A stretch of DNA of 52,039 nucleotides from an uncultured Akkermansia sp. (GTDB taxonomy: Bacteria > Verrucomicrobiota > Verrucomicrobiia > Verrucomicrobiales > Akkermansiaceae). The position numbers and the translations under genes were made by a program. The stretch covers positions 1 to 52,039 of the forward strand of contig CAYJID010000001.1 of NCBI GenBank assembly GCA_964370135.1, given 5' to 3'. Under the pieces are notes generated by a model that worked only from the letters and a program-made list of their open reading frames with translations, had not been told where the DNA came from and did not search any database. Positions within the stretch are counted from its first letter, which is position 1. Each line of letters opens with the position of its first letter. Shown in pieces: positions 17,269-25,613 of this stretch.

Positions 17269-18246
17269 ATGAACAAGTATCTGGTGCGCGGGGGGCTCGC
17301 GACGCTGTGGGCTGGGTGGCTCGCGGTGTCGGTGATGGGGGTGAGGAGCCCTCAACAAGATAATCAATCAACCAATCAACAACAAGTAGAAAGTAAAAAA
17401 GTATATGACAATAGAATTTTGGATGGGCTCGATGGTAGGGATGCTGGTGACAGCAGTGCTTTTCCTCATCGGGTACTTGATCGAGCTGCACCACAATCTG
17501 CAGGAGATGCCGCTGGGCTCACAGCCTCTCAGCTCAGAGGAGGGGCAGGAAACGCTCTTCTCCAACTGGAAGGCAAAGACGACGGACTCACCGTAATCCG
17601 CTACTCGGCGGCCTCGATGGCGCAGGTGCGCGAGATCCAGCGGCTGCTGGGTCTGCGGGCTGATGGTCGTATAGGCAAGGCGACGCTCTCGGCTCTGCTG
17701 GAGGCTCTGCGCAAGCAGGGGGATCGTGCGAAGGCGGCGCGTGTGTATGCGCCTGCAGGAATCAAGCCGCTGAGATTGCCTACTCTTGGCGAGCTGAGGC
17801 GCGGTGACTCGGTATTCGGGAAAGCTGGGCATGCTCAGCTGGTGAACCTCAAGCCGCCCTATCCGCTCTACTACAATGGCAAGCTTGTAGAGACGATACA
17901 GGTTCACCGCCTAGTGGCTGATCGCGTGCATGCGGCTCTCGCAGAGACGCTGCGGGTGTATGGGCGCGAGCGCATCCGCAAGCTGGGGCTGGATGTCTTC
18001 GCGGGTGGGTACTGCTATCGCCCTGCGCGGGGTGGGTCTCGGCTGTCGGCTCATGCGTGGGGGGTCGCATTTGACTTCTACCCTGCGGCTAATGGGCTGA
18101 GGACTCCGACGAGTCGTGCGGCGTTCGCCCGTGCGGAGTACCAAGACTGGATCAAGGCGTGGGAGCGCGTGGGGGCGATGAATCTGGGGAAGGTACTCGG
18201 CTATGACTGGATGCACTTCGAATTCATCCGCCGCCGCCGCGTGTGA
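17269..18246 (+). CDS. M15-family Zn peptidase (peptidoglycan hydrolase) with PG-binding-like segment; true start may be 17617
   Basis: SAHAWGVAFD (SxHxxxxAxD) and DWMHFE motifs; IQRLLGLRADGRIGKAT PG-binding-like segment. Confidence 0.85.
   Translation: MNKYLVRGGLATLWAGWLAVSVMGVRSPQQDNQSTNQQQVESKKVYDNRILDGLDGRDAGDSSAFPHRVLDRAAPQSAGDAAGLTASQLRGGAGNALLQLEGKDDGLTVIRYSAASMAQVREIQRLLGLRADGRIGKATLSALLEALRKQGDRAKAARVYAPAGIKPLRLPTLGELRRGDSVFGKAGHAQLVNLKPPYPLYYNGKLVETIQVHRLVADRVHAALAETLRVYGRERIRKLGLDVFAGGYCYRPARGGSRLSAHAWGVAFDFYPAANGLRTPTSRAAFARAEYQDWIKAWERVGAMNLGKVLGYDWMHFEFIRRRRV
17405..17596 (+). CDS. Small single-TM protein nested in another frame of the peptidase ORF
   Basis: ATG preceded by an A/C-rich leader like other starts here; FWMGSMVGMLVTAVLFLIGYLI hydrophobic helix. 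Confidence 0.45.
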   Translation: MTIEFWMGSMVGMLVTAVLFLIGYLIELHHNLQEMPLGSQPLSSEEGQETLFSNWKAKTTDSP

Positions 18247-18354
18247 AGAAAATTTTCCAACTCTCCCTATGTGGTCTTCACGAGATCTTCTACCCCCAAG
18301 CAGTAAGTAAGAACGCCCTGAGCATGGCGGGAAAAAAGGCTCGCTCTTAAATTC

Positions 18355-18421
18355 GCCTCTGTAGTTTAACAGGAAAAATCCGCGCATGCGCGGGATCTGG
18401 GTTCGAATCCCACTGGAGGCT
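18355..18421 (+). ncRNA. tRNA-like element lacking a canonical anticodon loop
   Basis: GCCTCTG/TGGAGGC acceptor stem, TA-GTTT..GG..AAAA D-like arm, TGGG-TTCGAAT-CCCA T-arm; anticodon arm replaced by palindrome CCGCGCATGCGCGG. Confidence 0.6.
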
Positions 18422-18679
18422 TGCTCGCTCTGGCCTGTAGTCAGCAGCGAGCTCTACAACAACAAACACAAACACATATATACAAGCATATGAATACCGC
18501 CCAGAATATTAATTCAATCGTAGTTGAGCGCATCGTCTAAGTAGGCCTTGCGCAATTTAACACTAAATTATTAACTCAAGAAAGAATTGGTATGTGAACG
18601 CTTGTTCCCGACATCAATGTCGGGAACAAGCAATATGGGGAGCTATTTTATACTACTAGACAGAAAGGATTTTTTTTGC

Positions 18680-18943
18680 ATGAACAAGATTACAATGAAG
18701 CAGGACGCGCCCGGGGCGGGTCTGGGATTTTTCGGGCTGCTGCAGGCGGCATTTATTTTTTGCAAGGTCGCAGACCTGACGGCTATCGCTGATTGGTCGT
18801 GGTGGTGGGTGCTTTCCCCCATGCTCTTTGCGGCGTCACTCGTGTGGGCAGCGGCGCTGCTCTTCCTCGCTGGGGCGTGGATGGCGGTGCGCGCAGAGAA
18901 GAAGGCTATCACAGATTACGAGAGCTCGAGCTATGAAGGCTAG
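18680..18943 (+). CDS. Phage membrane protein
   Basis: G.GFFGLL..FI..K....I.DWSWWWVLSP pattern common in small phage membrane proteins. Confidence 0.75.
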   Translation: MNKITMKQDAPGAGLGFFGLLQAAFIFCKVADLTAIADWSWWWVLSPMLFAASLVWAAALLFLAGAWMAVRAEKKAITDYESSSYEG

Positions 18944-19121
18944 GTACAACGGAAAGCCCCTCGCGACGCGCCCGACGCGCCCTGTGCATTATATGACCGC
19001 GCCGCGAACTCAAGACGATCTGGTGTTCTGGCTCAAGCTGGGCGTGATGCTGATCTCGTTCGCCGCATTCTGTGCGTTTATCGTGTGGGGTGTTATTTAT
19101 TCACTCTTGCTTTTTGTGTAG
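18933..19121 (+). CDS. Small phage membrane protein
   Basis: 62 aa with a C-terminal hydrophobic helix; overlaps the upstream stop. Confidence 0.55.
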   Translation: MKARYNGKPLATRPTRPVHYMTAPRTQDDLVFWLKLGVMLISFAAFCAFIVWGVIYSLLLFV

Positions 19122-19123
19122 TC

Positions 19124-19654
19124 ATGCCAGATTGGGTAACTAATGAGCTGCGCTGTAGCGATGTGGTGCGCCGCGCTCTGACGAATGATAAGGGGGATGT
19201 GGACTTTAATCGCGTGATTCCTACTGATCACCTGTGGGATGAGGCGGGGATGCTGCGGCCAGAATATCGTCCTTCACTGCCATGGATGAGCCCTCTAACT
19301 GAGCTATGGGGCTGCAAGTGGAATGCACGGCTTCCTCAAGAGAATGATGAGCAGCGCCTGCGTTTTCAGACTCCGTGGAGTCAACCTCTGCCTGTGATCG
19401 TCGAGCTCTCAGCGCGCTATCCTGATGAGGTGATAGAGTGTCGCTTTGCAGATGAGGATCTCGGCTGCAACTGCGGGGAGTACAAAATCAAGGCTGGTGA
19501 GGTCTATGATGATGTGGTCGAAGGGATGCCCAGTGGAGCAGGCCGAACGGATCAGGAGTGGAGAAAGTTCGCCTTTCACCTGCTCGAGCCTGCTGGCGAT
19601 AACTCACCAGAGGTCTACGGCTATGACGATGAGTTCAACCTTATAGAAGAATAA
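19124..19654 (+). CDS. DUF1281-like (ferredoxin-like fold) phage protein
   Basis: MPDWVTN, DFNRVIP, WGCKWNA, FQTPWSQP, ARYP and FADED motifs. Confidence 0.75.
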   Translation: MPDWVTNELRCSDVVRRALTNDKGDVDFNRVIPTDHLWDEAGMLRPEYRPSLPWMSPLTELWGCKWNARLPQENDEQRLRFQTPWSQPLPVIVELSARYPDEVIECRFADEDLGCNCGEYKIKAGEVYDDVVEGMPSGAGRTDQEWRKFAFHLLEPAGDNSPEVYGYDDEFNLIEE

Positions 19655-19727
19655 TCTGTATACTAAATCGTGGTTTTCTATACATGTCGTCGTTGATGTG
19701 TATAGGAAACCGCCAAAACACATACAT

Positions 19728-20126
19728 ATGAATCAAATTACTGTTACTATCATGCACCCCTCATCTGCGCTCTCGGGCAATGGGCGGGCGAATCGCTGGG
19801 CTCGCTACGAGGCGTCCAAGGCCTCGAAGCGTCAGGCGCGCGGGGCGATGCGTGCGCAGTTGGCACAGGTGCCAGCGACTGCTCAGCACGAAATCAAGTC
19901 GGCGGTCTATTTCGTCGACTGGTACTACAAGGGCACGTGCCCCGATGATGACAATGTGATCACGCGCATGAAGTACGCACGTGATGGCATAGCCGAGGCT
20001 CTGGGCATTAATGATCGCATCATGCGCATAGGGGCTATCAGACCACATCATGACAAGGGACGTGCTGGTACGGTGACTGTCACCGTGAGGCTGTATGACT
20101 TCGAACAGGAAGGGGGTGAGGGATGA
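19728..20126 (+). CDS. RusA-like Holliday junction resolvase
   Basis: PDDDN...K..RDGIA..LGINDR catalytic pattern of RusA family. Confidence 0.75.
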   Translation: MNQITVTIMHPSSALSGNGRANRWARYEASKASKRQARGAMRAQLAQVPATAQHEIKSAVYFVDWYYKGTCPDDDNVITRMKYARDGIAEALGINDRIMRIGAIRPHHDKGRAGTVTVTVRLYDFEQEGGEG

Positions 20127-20389
20127 TTAGGATGTATCCACACCAATCCTCAACTTTGGAATTTATCTCGCCTCATCAGTCGCATGTAGCCAAGCTTGAT
20201 ATTCTGCAAAAAATAGGTTGCCGTCTATGGTACCTCAAGATGATCAATCCACGTGAATGCTCAGAATTGGGCTTTGGATTCATGCTGAAAGTAGCGAGCG
20301 TGGAGCGGTTCAAGTTGCAGCTACGCGGCGTCACTGCCTACTGTGAAGATCTCATCGCCCAGTGGGCTATCAATGGAGGTGAGGGATGA
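20123..20389 (+). CDS. Hypothetical phage protein
   Basis: Translationally coupled to both neighbours by ATGA overlaps. Confidence 0.6.
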   Translation: MIRMYPHQSSTLEFISPHQSHVAKLDILQKIGCRLWYLKMINPRECSELGFGFMLKVASVERFKLQLRGVTAYCEDLIAQWAINGGEG

Positions 20390-20823
20390 CACATATTCTT
20401 TTATCCGTTCACCCGAAGTGGGCACAGCTCATTCTCTCGGGGGAGAAGACGGTGGAGATTCGCCGCACAATGCCCAAGAGAGGCACAGCGGATGTACCAC
20501 CCTTCCGCGATGGTCATTCATTTATCCTGACGCAGATCAAGCTCTACCTCTATGAGACCTCTCCTACAAAAATGATTGTCGGTGAGGCTCTATGCCACAC
20601 TATATATGATCTAGGCGGCTGCTACCGCGAGACATTTCACTGCTTGCGACAGGACGCGCGCCTCTCTGTCAAGGAGATGGAGAACTACCTGCCAGAGAGT
20701 GCAGGCTATGCCTTTTGCCTGTCCAAGGTCGTGCGCTACGATCAGCCGCTCTCGCTGGAGGAGGTGGGGATCAAGCGCGCGCCTCAGAGCTGGTGCTATG
20801 TAAATGAAGGAGGTGAGAAATGA
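20386..20823 (+). CDS. ASCH domain protein
   Basis: ILLSVHPKWAQLILSGEKTVEIRR, LYETSP...IVGE and APQSWCY motifs. Confidence 0.9.
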   Translation: MTHILLSVHPKWAQLILSGEKTVEIRRTMPKRGTADVPPFRDGHSFILTQIKLYLYETSPTKMIVGEALCHTIYDLGGCYRETFHCLRQDARLSVKEMENYLPESAGYAFCLSKVVRYDQPLSLEEVGIKRAPQSWCYVNEGGEK

Positions 20824-21053
20824 ACCGCGCCGAGATCAACTTATTGTCAGACAAAGATCTGCTGAAATATGCCCTGTGGCATGAACGACGATACACGGTC
20901 CAAGTTAGTAGAGTTCATTTTTACGACGATGATCTGAGAGCGGCGTTGCGCGCGGAGGCCATGAAAGAGCTTCGATGCGGAGCAGAGTACAAGAAAGAAA
21001 TCCTCAAGCGCATGAAGCACTCTCCCTCTATGCTTCATGAAATAGAGACATAA
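20820..21053 (+). CDS. Hypothetical phage protein
   Basis: Coupled by ATGA overlap with a GGAGGT Shine-Dalgarno. Confidence 0.6.
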   Translation: MNRAEINLLSDKDLLKYALWHERRYTVQVSRVHFYDDDLRAALRAEAMKELRCGAEYKKEILKRMKHSPSMLHEIET

Positions 21054-21095
21054 GTTTTTTTGTGTCTCAAAAATCCTCAAAAACAAAACACAACT

Positions 21096-21641
21096 ATGAA
21101 AAAAATAAATAAGGCGCTCAAAAAGATGTGGGCAAAATTACCAGGTGTCAAATACCCCCCGACTGACACGCGCATACCCGAAGGCTACAATCCCAAGACG
21201 CGCGAGCCTTATCAGGATGTGCCCCATGGCTACATCACGACGCCTGAGGCGGCAGAGCTGCTGCACTCAGGCAAGTCGGCGGCGCGCGTCAAGCTCATGA
21301 GGCTGAAGATGCCTTTCGTCTTGGTGCAGCTCGAGGGCAAGCCCCCGCGTTATTACTGGAAGAAAAAGCGTGTGCTGGCTCTCTCCAAGAGGATAGCCCC
21401 TCTAGGTACGCCCGAGATGGTGGCTGATATGCTCACGACGCAAGAGGTGTGCGAGGTGGCGGGCGTGGTTCGCTCGACGGTGTACCGTGCTATTGATACT
21501 GGAGAGCTCAAAAAGTATACCTATCGCATGCTCACGGAGCAGGGACGCCAGAAGCGCACCTACTTCACACATGAGGACGTCAACGCATGGGTGGAGAAGC
21601 GTGACGGCTCTGCATGGGCTCGCCGCATGATGGATCTGTAA
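21096..21641 (+). CDS. DNA-binding protein with two excisionase-type (HTH_17-like) domains
   Basis: YITTPEAAELL and MLTTQEVCEVAGVVRSTVYRAIDTGEL...FTHEDVNAW. Confidence 0.75.
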   Translation: MKKINKALKKMWAKLPGVKYPPTDTRIPEGYNPKTREPYQDVPHGYITTPEAAELLHSGKSAARVKLMRLKMPFVLVQLEGKPPRYYWKKKRVLALSKRIAPLGTPEMVADMLTTQEVCEVAGVVRSTVYRAIDTGELKKYTYRMLTEQGRQKRTYFTHEDVNAWVEKRDGSAWARRMMDL

Positions 21642-21656
21642 GGGGGAGCTGAGTAT

Positions 21657-22751
21657 ATGAACCTGACCCCTTTTGACATAGGTCCCGATATTGCGTCCTC
21701 TCCCGAGGTGATGGAGATCGCCGAGAAGATGAAAAAGAATCGCTTTCTCATCGTGGGTCTCATCGTCGCATTCCGTGGCTGGTGCTATCGCCATGCTCAC
21801 GGATGCGAGACGGGGCTGAGCCGTAAGTCTCTCAATACCCTGCTCTCTACGAGGGGTATTGCTGAGGCGATGATCTCGGTGGGGATGCTCATCGAGAATG
21901 AGGACAAGAAGCTAGTGATCAATGTCTCTGAGCCTACACAAGGCTCATGTGAGCCCGCGTCCGTCACAGAGATGGAGATCAAGCGCCGCCCTATGACTCA
22001 AGCAGAAAGAGCTCAGAAAACCCGTGACAAGAAGAAGGCTCTGCGTGACGCAGCGTCACAAGATCGTCACGAAGATCGTCACGAAGAGCGTGACGACGCG
22101 TCACGAAAAAATGTGACGCGTCACGTGACGCCTCCCCCCTATATATATACTAATACTATAGAGAGTAGTGCCACCGTGGTAGAACGCGGGCGTGACGCTT
22201 TCTCTGAATCGACGGCTGGAACAACTCGCGCGCGCCAAATTAAAAAATTGACATATAGCGACTTCCTCCTAAAAATAGGCGGTGCGCATCCTACTAGCTC
22301 GTCGCTGCTGCTGCTGCCAAAAGATGCTGAGGCGGCATCCAGAACGGCGTATGAGACTTGGGATCTGGGCGACGATGAAGCCGAGCTACTCACGGCCTTC
22401 TACAAAGCCGACATGTCCACGGTGCCGAAGGGCACGAAGTTCTGGCGGCCTCGAAGCCTCAAGCAGTACTACGACCAGCTAGGCGACGTGCTCAGCCACG
22501 CCCAAGACTGGGCGAAGTGGAAGGGCTGGAAGCCCAAGGCCAAGGCGCAGAAGATAGCCCAGAAGCAGGCCGAGAAGCCCCCCGAACCCGAAGACCAGAG
22601 CCCAGAAGACCATGAGGAGATGATGGCATTCTGGAACGCTCAGAAAGAAAATCTCAGAATCCCCAGCATCAATGCCATCAAACCCATAAGCCCCCCTACA
22701 GAAGAATGCCCCCCGACTACCACGACACCCGAGCCCTCTATCACGACATAG
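21657..22751 (+). CDS. Phage replication initiator (lambda O-like organisation)
   Basis: N-terminal PEV..IA......IVG......W.. domain, AERAQKTRDKKK linker and internal CGTGAC/GTCACG DNA repeats. Confidence 0.75.
   Translation: MNLTPFDIGPDIASSPEVMEIAEKMKKNRFLIVGLIVAFRGWCYRHAHGCETGLSRKSLNTLLSTRGIAEAMISVGMLIENEDKKLVINVSEPTQGSCEPASVTEMEIKRRPMTQAERAQKTRDKKKALRDAASQDRHEDRHEERDDASRKNVTRHVTPPPYIYTNTIESSATVVERGRDAFSESTAGTTRARQIKKLTYSDFLLKIGGAHPTSSSLLLLPKDAEAASRTAYETWDLGDDEAELLTAFYKADMSTVPKGTKFWRPRSLKQYYDQLGDVLSHAQDWAKWKGWKPKAKAQKIAQKQAEKPPEPEDQSPEDHEEMMAFWNAQKENLRIPSINAIKPISPPTEECPPTTTTPEPSITT
22023..22130. repeat. Iteron cluster / probable phage replication origin inside the initiator gene
   Basis: About ten GTGAC/GTCAC copies, including tandem AAGATCGTCACG x2, followed by AT-rich TATATATATACTAATACTATA. 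Confidence 0.65.
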
Positions 22752-23119
22752 CCCGCGCGGCTCAGCTCAATGAGAAGCGCGCACGTCTGGGGCTCATCTC
22801 CTCACTGGTGGCACAGTCGCCGCCACTCCTAAGCACGACAGCCGCCGTGCTGCTGTGCATTGACCTCTATGGCGATTGTCCCTTTTTCAAAATCGCGCGC
22901 CATGTGAACATCCATGCCGACACGCTCAGAAAGCAGCTCTCCTCTCTGAGCAAGGACGCGGGACTCATTGGATCACGCATCGAAAAGCCTTCACGTCGTC
23001 GCCTCTACCGCCTGACGGATCAGGGGCGCGAGCTCATCGCCAAAGTCCAGCGCGACGCGCAGCAGCAGATGCAGCTCGCGTGCTCTCTCCACGGCATAGA
23101 GGAGGAGAGCGATGAGTGA
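22706..23119 (+). CDS. Winged-helix (MarR-like) DNA-binding protein
   Basis: KIARHVNIHADTLRKQLSSL...GLI...RRRLYRLTDQGRELI. Confidence 0.75.
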   Translation: MPPDYHDTRALYHDIARAAQLNEKRARLGLISSLVAQSPPLLSTTAAVLLCIDLYGDCPFFKIARHVNIHADTLRKQLSSLSKDAGLIGSRIEKPSRRRLYRLTDQGRELIAKVQRDAQQQMQLACSLHGIEEESDE

Positions 23120-23561
23120 GACTGAGCTCAATGTGAGGCAGGAGCATTTTGCGCGCCTGCTCTTCTCAGGTCGTAGCCAAACGGACGCATACAGAGAGGC
23201 TTATGACGCGCATGATCTCGCAGAGAAATCACTCTGGGAATCTGCATCACGCCTGTCAAGGAATGTCAAGGTACGCGCCTACATTGACAATCTGCGGGCT
23301 GAGGCACGCAGTGAAACAATCATGGACCGTGTCGAGCTCATGGAGTGGTATACAGAAAAAATGCGCGCTGATCCTGACGATGATGCGGATCTCTCGACAA
23401 AGCAGATACGCAAGGGGGAGGCTGCCAAGGAGCTAGCCAAGCTGGGCGGCTACTACCCCACCGAAGAAAAAGAGGTGAAGGTTGACATTGTGCATGCCTT
23501 CGCTGAATCGCAGATGAGGAGCGCGGCTGATGAGCCGCTGGTCTCTGAGGAAGAACCCTAA
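23112..23561 (+). CDS. terS: Terminase small subunit
   Basis: LNVRQEHFA...G.SQTDAYREAY...ASRL..NVKVRAYI..LR and A.KELAKLGG. Confidence 0.88.
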   Translation: MSETELNVRQEHFARLLFSGRSQTDAYREAYDAHDLAEKSLWESASRLSRNVKVRAYIDNLRAEARSETIMDRVELMEWYTEKMRADPDDDADLSTKQIRKGEAAKELAKLGGYYPTEEKEVKVDIVHAFAESQMRSAADEPLVSEEEP

Positions 23562-23579
23562 CCCAACCAATCAAAACAA

Positions 23580-25613
23580 ATGAATATCAATTTTCTCGGC
23601 GTAGAGCTCTCGCTCTCCGTCATCGCTGATAGGGAGAGCCGCGTGGTGCTGGCTCTCCAGTCGTCCGACGCGCAACCCCTGCCGCTCGATGGGGTGACAT
23701 TCACCGCCGTCGTGGAGGTGGATGGCATGGAGCAGCCTATGGCTATCGCCGCCATTGATGGCTTGAGCGGGCAGGTGTCTCTAGTCATTCCCCCACTGGT
23801 CGAGGGACGACACCGCTTTGAGCTGCTGGTGACGAGTGACTCGGGCGAGAGCTCGACGCTGGCTCACGGCTGGATAGGGGCGCTGTCCATGCTCATCAAG
23901 CCCGATGTCGAGAGCTGCCATGATAGAACGATCAAGCTGACGCTTCCCGAGCGGGAGGGCGACTACCTGCTTGCCTCATGGCAAGCGAGCACGCAAGCCA
24001 TGATCGCCGCCGCTCAGGCGCAGGCGTGGGCAGAGAAGGCCGAGACAGCAGCCGAGGGCGTGGGCGACATCATGCAGCGCGCCGAGACCGCCGTCGAGAC
24101 GGCTGAGGATGCAGTCAGCAAGCTCGATGCCGTAGACGCGAAGCTGGCCCTATTTGATGACAAGATCGCCTCCGCAGTCATTCCCAATCCTGCCACAAAT
24201 ACGTGGTGGATAGGCGGAAAAGATACCTTTGTGTCTGTCACTGGCGAGAATGGGAAGAGCCCCCAGATTTCTAATGTAGGCACATGGCTACTCTGGGACG
24301 ATGAGCAGGGCGTCTATGTCGATACAGGTGAGAAAGCCCTGCCTGATGATGGACACTCGCCCTACATCGGACCTAATGGGACATGGGTGACGCACGACCC
24401 GCTTGAGGGCTGGATTGATACGCTTGTGCAGGCTCAAGGCGTGGATGGGCTCAACGGCGTGAGCATGCGCCGTGTGATCATCGACTCGCTGGATGATCTG
24501 CCCGATGAGCAGCAGCTGGGAGTGTATTACTACATCCTCAATGATCAGGACGCCTTTGATGTCTACGCATGGCTGGAGACCCCCGACGGCGTGGGCTCAT
24601 GGATCATGATAGGAGAGGCGAATGATATTGCAACGGCTGAGCTCTACGGTCTTACCAAGCTGGGCACTGACTCGATCATCGAGGATGGGGCCAGTGTCGG
24701 CAATGATGAATCGGGCGCGATGGCTGTCCCTCTCGCCTCCATCGCCACGGCGGGGGCGGTGGTGATCAGCTGTCCCGACCTGCTTGAAGAGGGCGCGCGC
24801 ATCGGCTGGGATAGCGCGGGCAAGATCCGCGTGATCTCCGCGACGATGGAGCATCATGGCTCTGTGCGCCTGTCCATGTCTGCCACGGCGCAGGATGGCT
24901 GTATAGGTCTCATGAGCAATGGCATGATAGGCACGCGACGCGCGACGCTCTATCAGCCTGGTACCATCCTGCTAGGCTCCTCGATCCAGCAGGTGAACTC
25001 TCAGCCCTACATTGTGGGCGTCGGCGCAACATCGGGCGGGCAAATTTGTAACAATCTACTCTCACAGGGCGCGCTCCAGCACCAGCGCATGGGCGGCTGG
25101 ACTGGCTTGAGCATGGACTGGCTCGACGAGAGTGCCGCGAGCCATCCCGCGCGCTATACAGAAGATGATTATTACATGGGGCTAGCCACCACGGCGCAGT
25201 TCTCCCAGAGCCAAGCGGAGGGGCTCACGCTGCTGAGTGCATCGAGCTCGCTGCTCGCGGGCGTCTACATCGCCACGAGCATCACCGACACACGCCCCGA
25301 GGCTGTCATGTCGGCATCTGGGATGTCGGCTCACCTATCCAGCAACTACTACAGCAAGGCCGAGACCTACACGCGCGACGAGATCACCGCCGCTGACAAT
25401 GCGGTGCGGACGTGGGTGAGCTCGACCTACGTGAGCCAGACCTCTCTACAGGCTCTGGGCTATGCGACCAAGCAGGAGCTCGCAGAAGGGCTCGCCACGA
25501 AGATGAACACCTCACCCACGGTCACGGAGATTGTCGCCTTGAGCAAGGCAGACTTTGACGCGCTGGAGAGCCGCGACGCGACCACCCTCTACATCTGCCC
25601 CCCATCACAATAA
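23580..25613 (+). CDS. Tail fibre protein
   Basis: Coiled segment, G-rich DGHSPYIGPNGTW repeats, repeated A(T/S)xxxxG.. tail-fibre motifs and C-terminal LSKADFDALESRDATTLYI. Confidence 0.75.
   Translation: MNINFLGVELSLSVIADRESRVVLALQSSDAQPLPLDGVTFTAVVEVDGMEQPMAIAAIDGLSGQVSLVIPPLVEGRHRFELLVTSDSGESSTLAHGWIGALSMLIKPDVESCHDRTIKLTLPEREGDYLLASWQASTQAMIAAAQAQAWAEKAETAAEGVGDIMQRAETAVETAEDAVSKLDAVDAKLALFDDKIASAVIPNPATNTWWIGGKDTFVSVTGENGKSPQISNVGTWLLWDDEQGVYVDTGEKALPDDGHSPYIGPNGTWVTHDPLEGWIDTLVQAQGVDGLNGVSMRRVIIDSLDDLPDEQQLGVYYYILNDQDAFDVYAWLETPDGVGSWIMIGEANDIATAELYGLTKLGTDSIIEDGASVGNDESGAMAVPLASIATAGAVVISCPDLLEEGARIGWDSAGKIRVISATMEHHGSVRLSMSATAQDGCIGLMSNGMIGTRRATLYQPGTILLGSSIQQVNSQPYIVGVGATSGGQICNNLLSQGALQHQRMGGWTGLSMDWLDESAASHPARYTEDDYYMGLATTAQFSQSQAEGLTLLSASSSLLAGVYIATSITDTRPEAVMSASGMSAHLSSNYYSKAETYTRDEITAADNAVRTWVSSTYVSQTSLQALGYATKQELAEGLATKMNTSPTVTEIVALSKADFDALESRDATTLYICPPSQ

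Noticed and set aside
18314..18342. preQ1-I riboswitch
   Set aside because: Similar hairpin plus A-rich tail topology, but it lacks the conserved preQ1 loop and tail nucleotides and has no queuosine-related downstream gene.
18355..18421. Functional tRNA-Met (CAT)
   Set aside because: No 7-nt anticodon loop or U33, a C-C mismatch at the T-stem base and short overall length.
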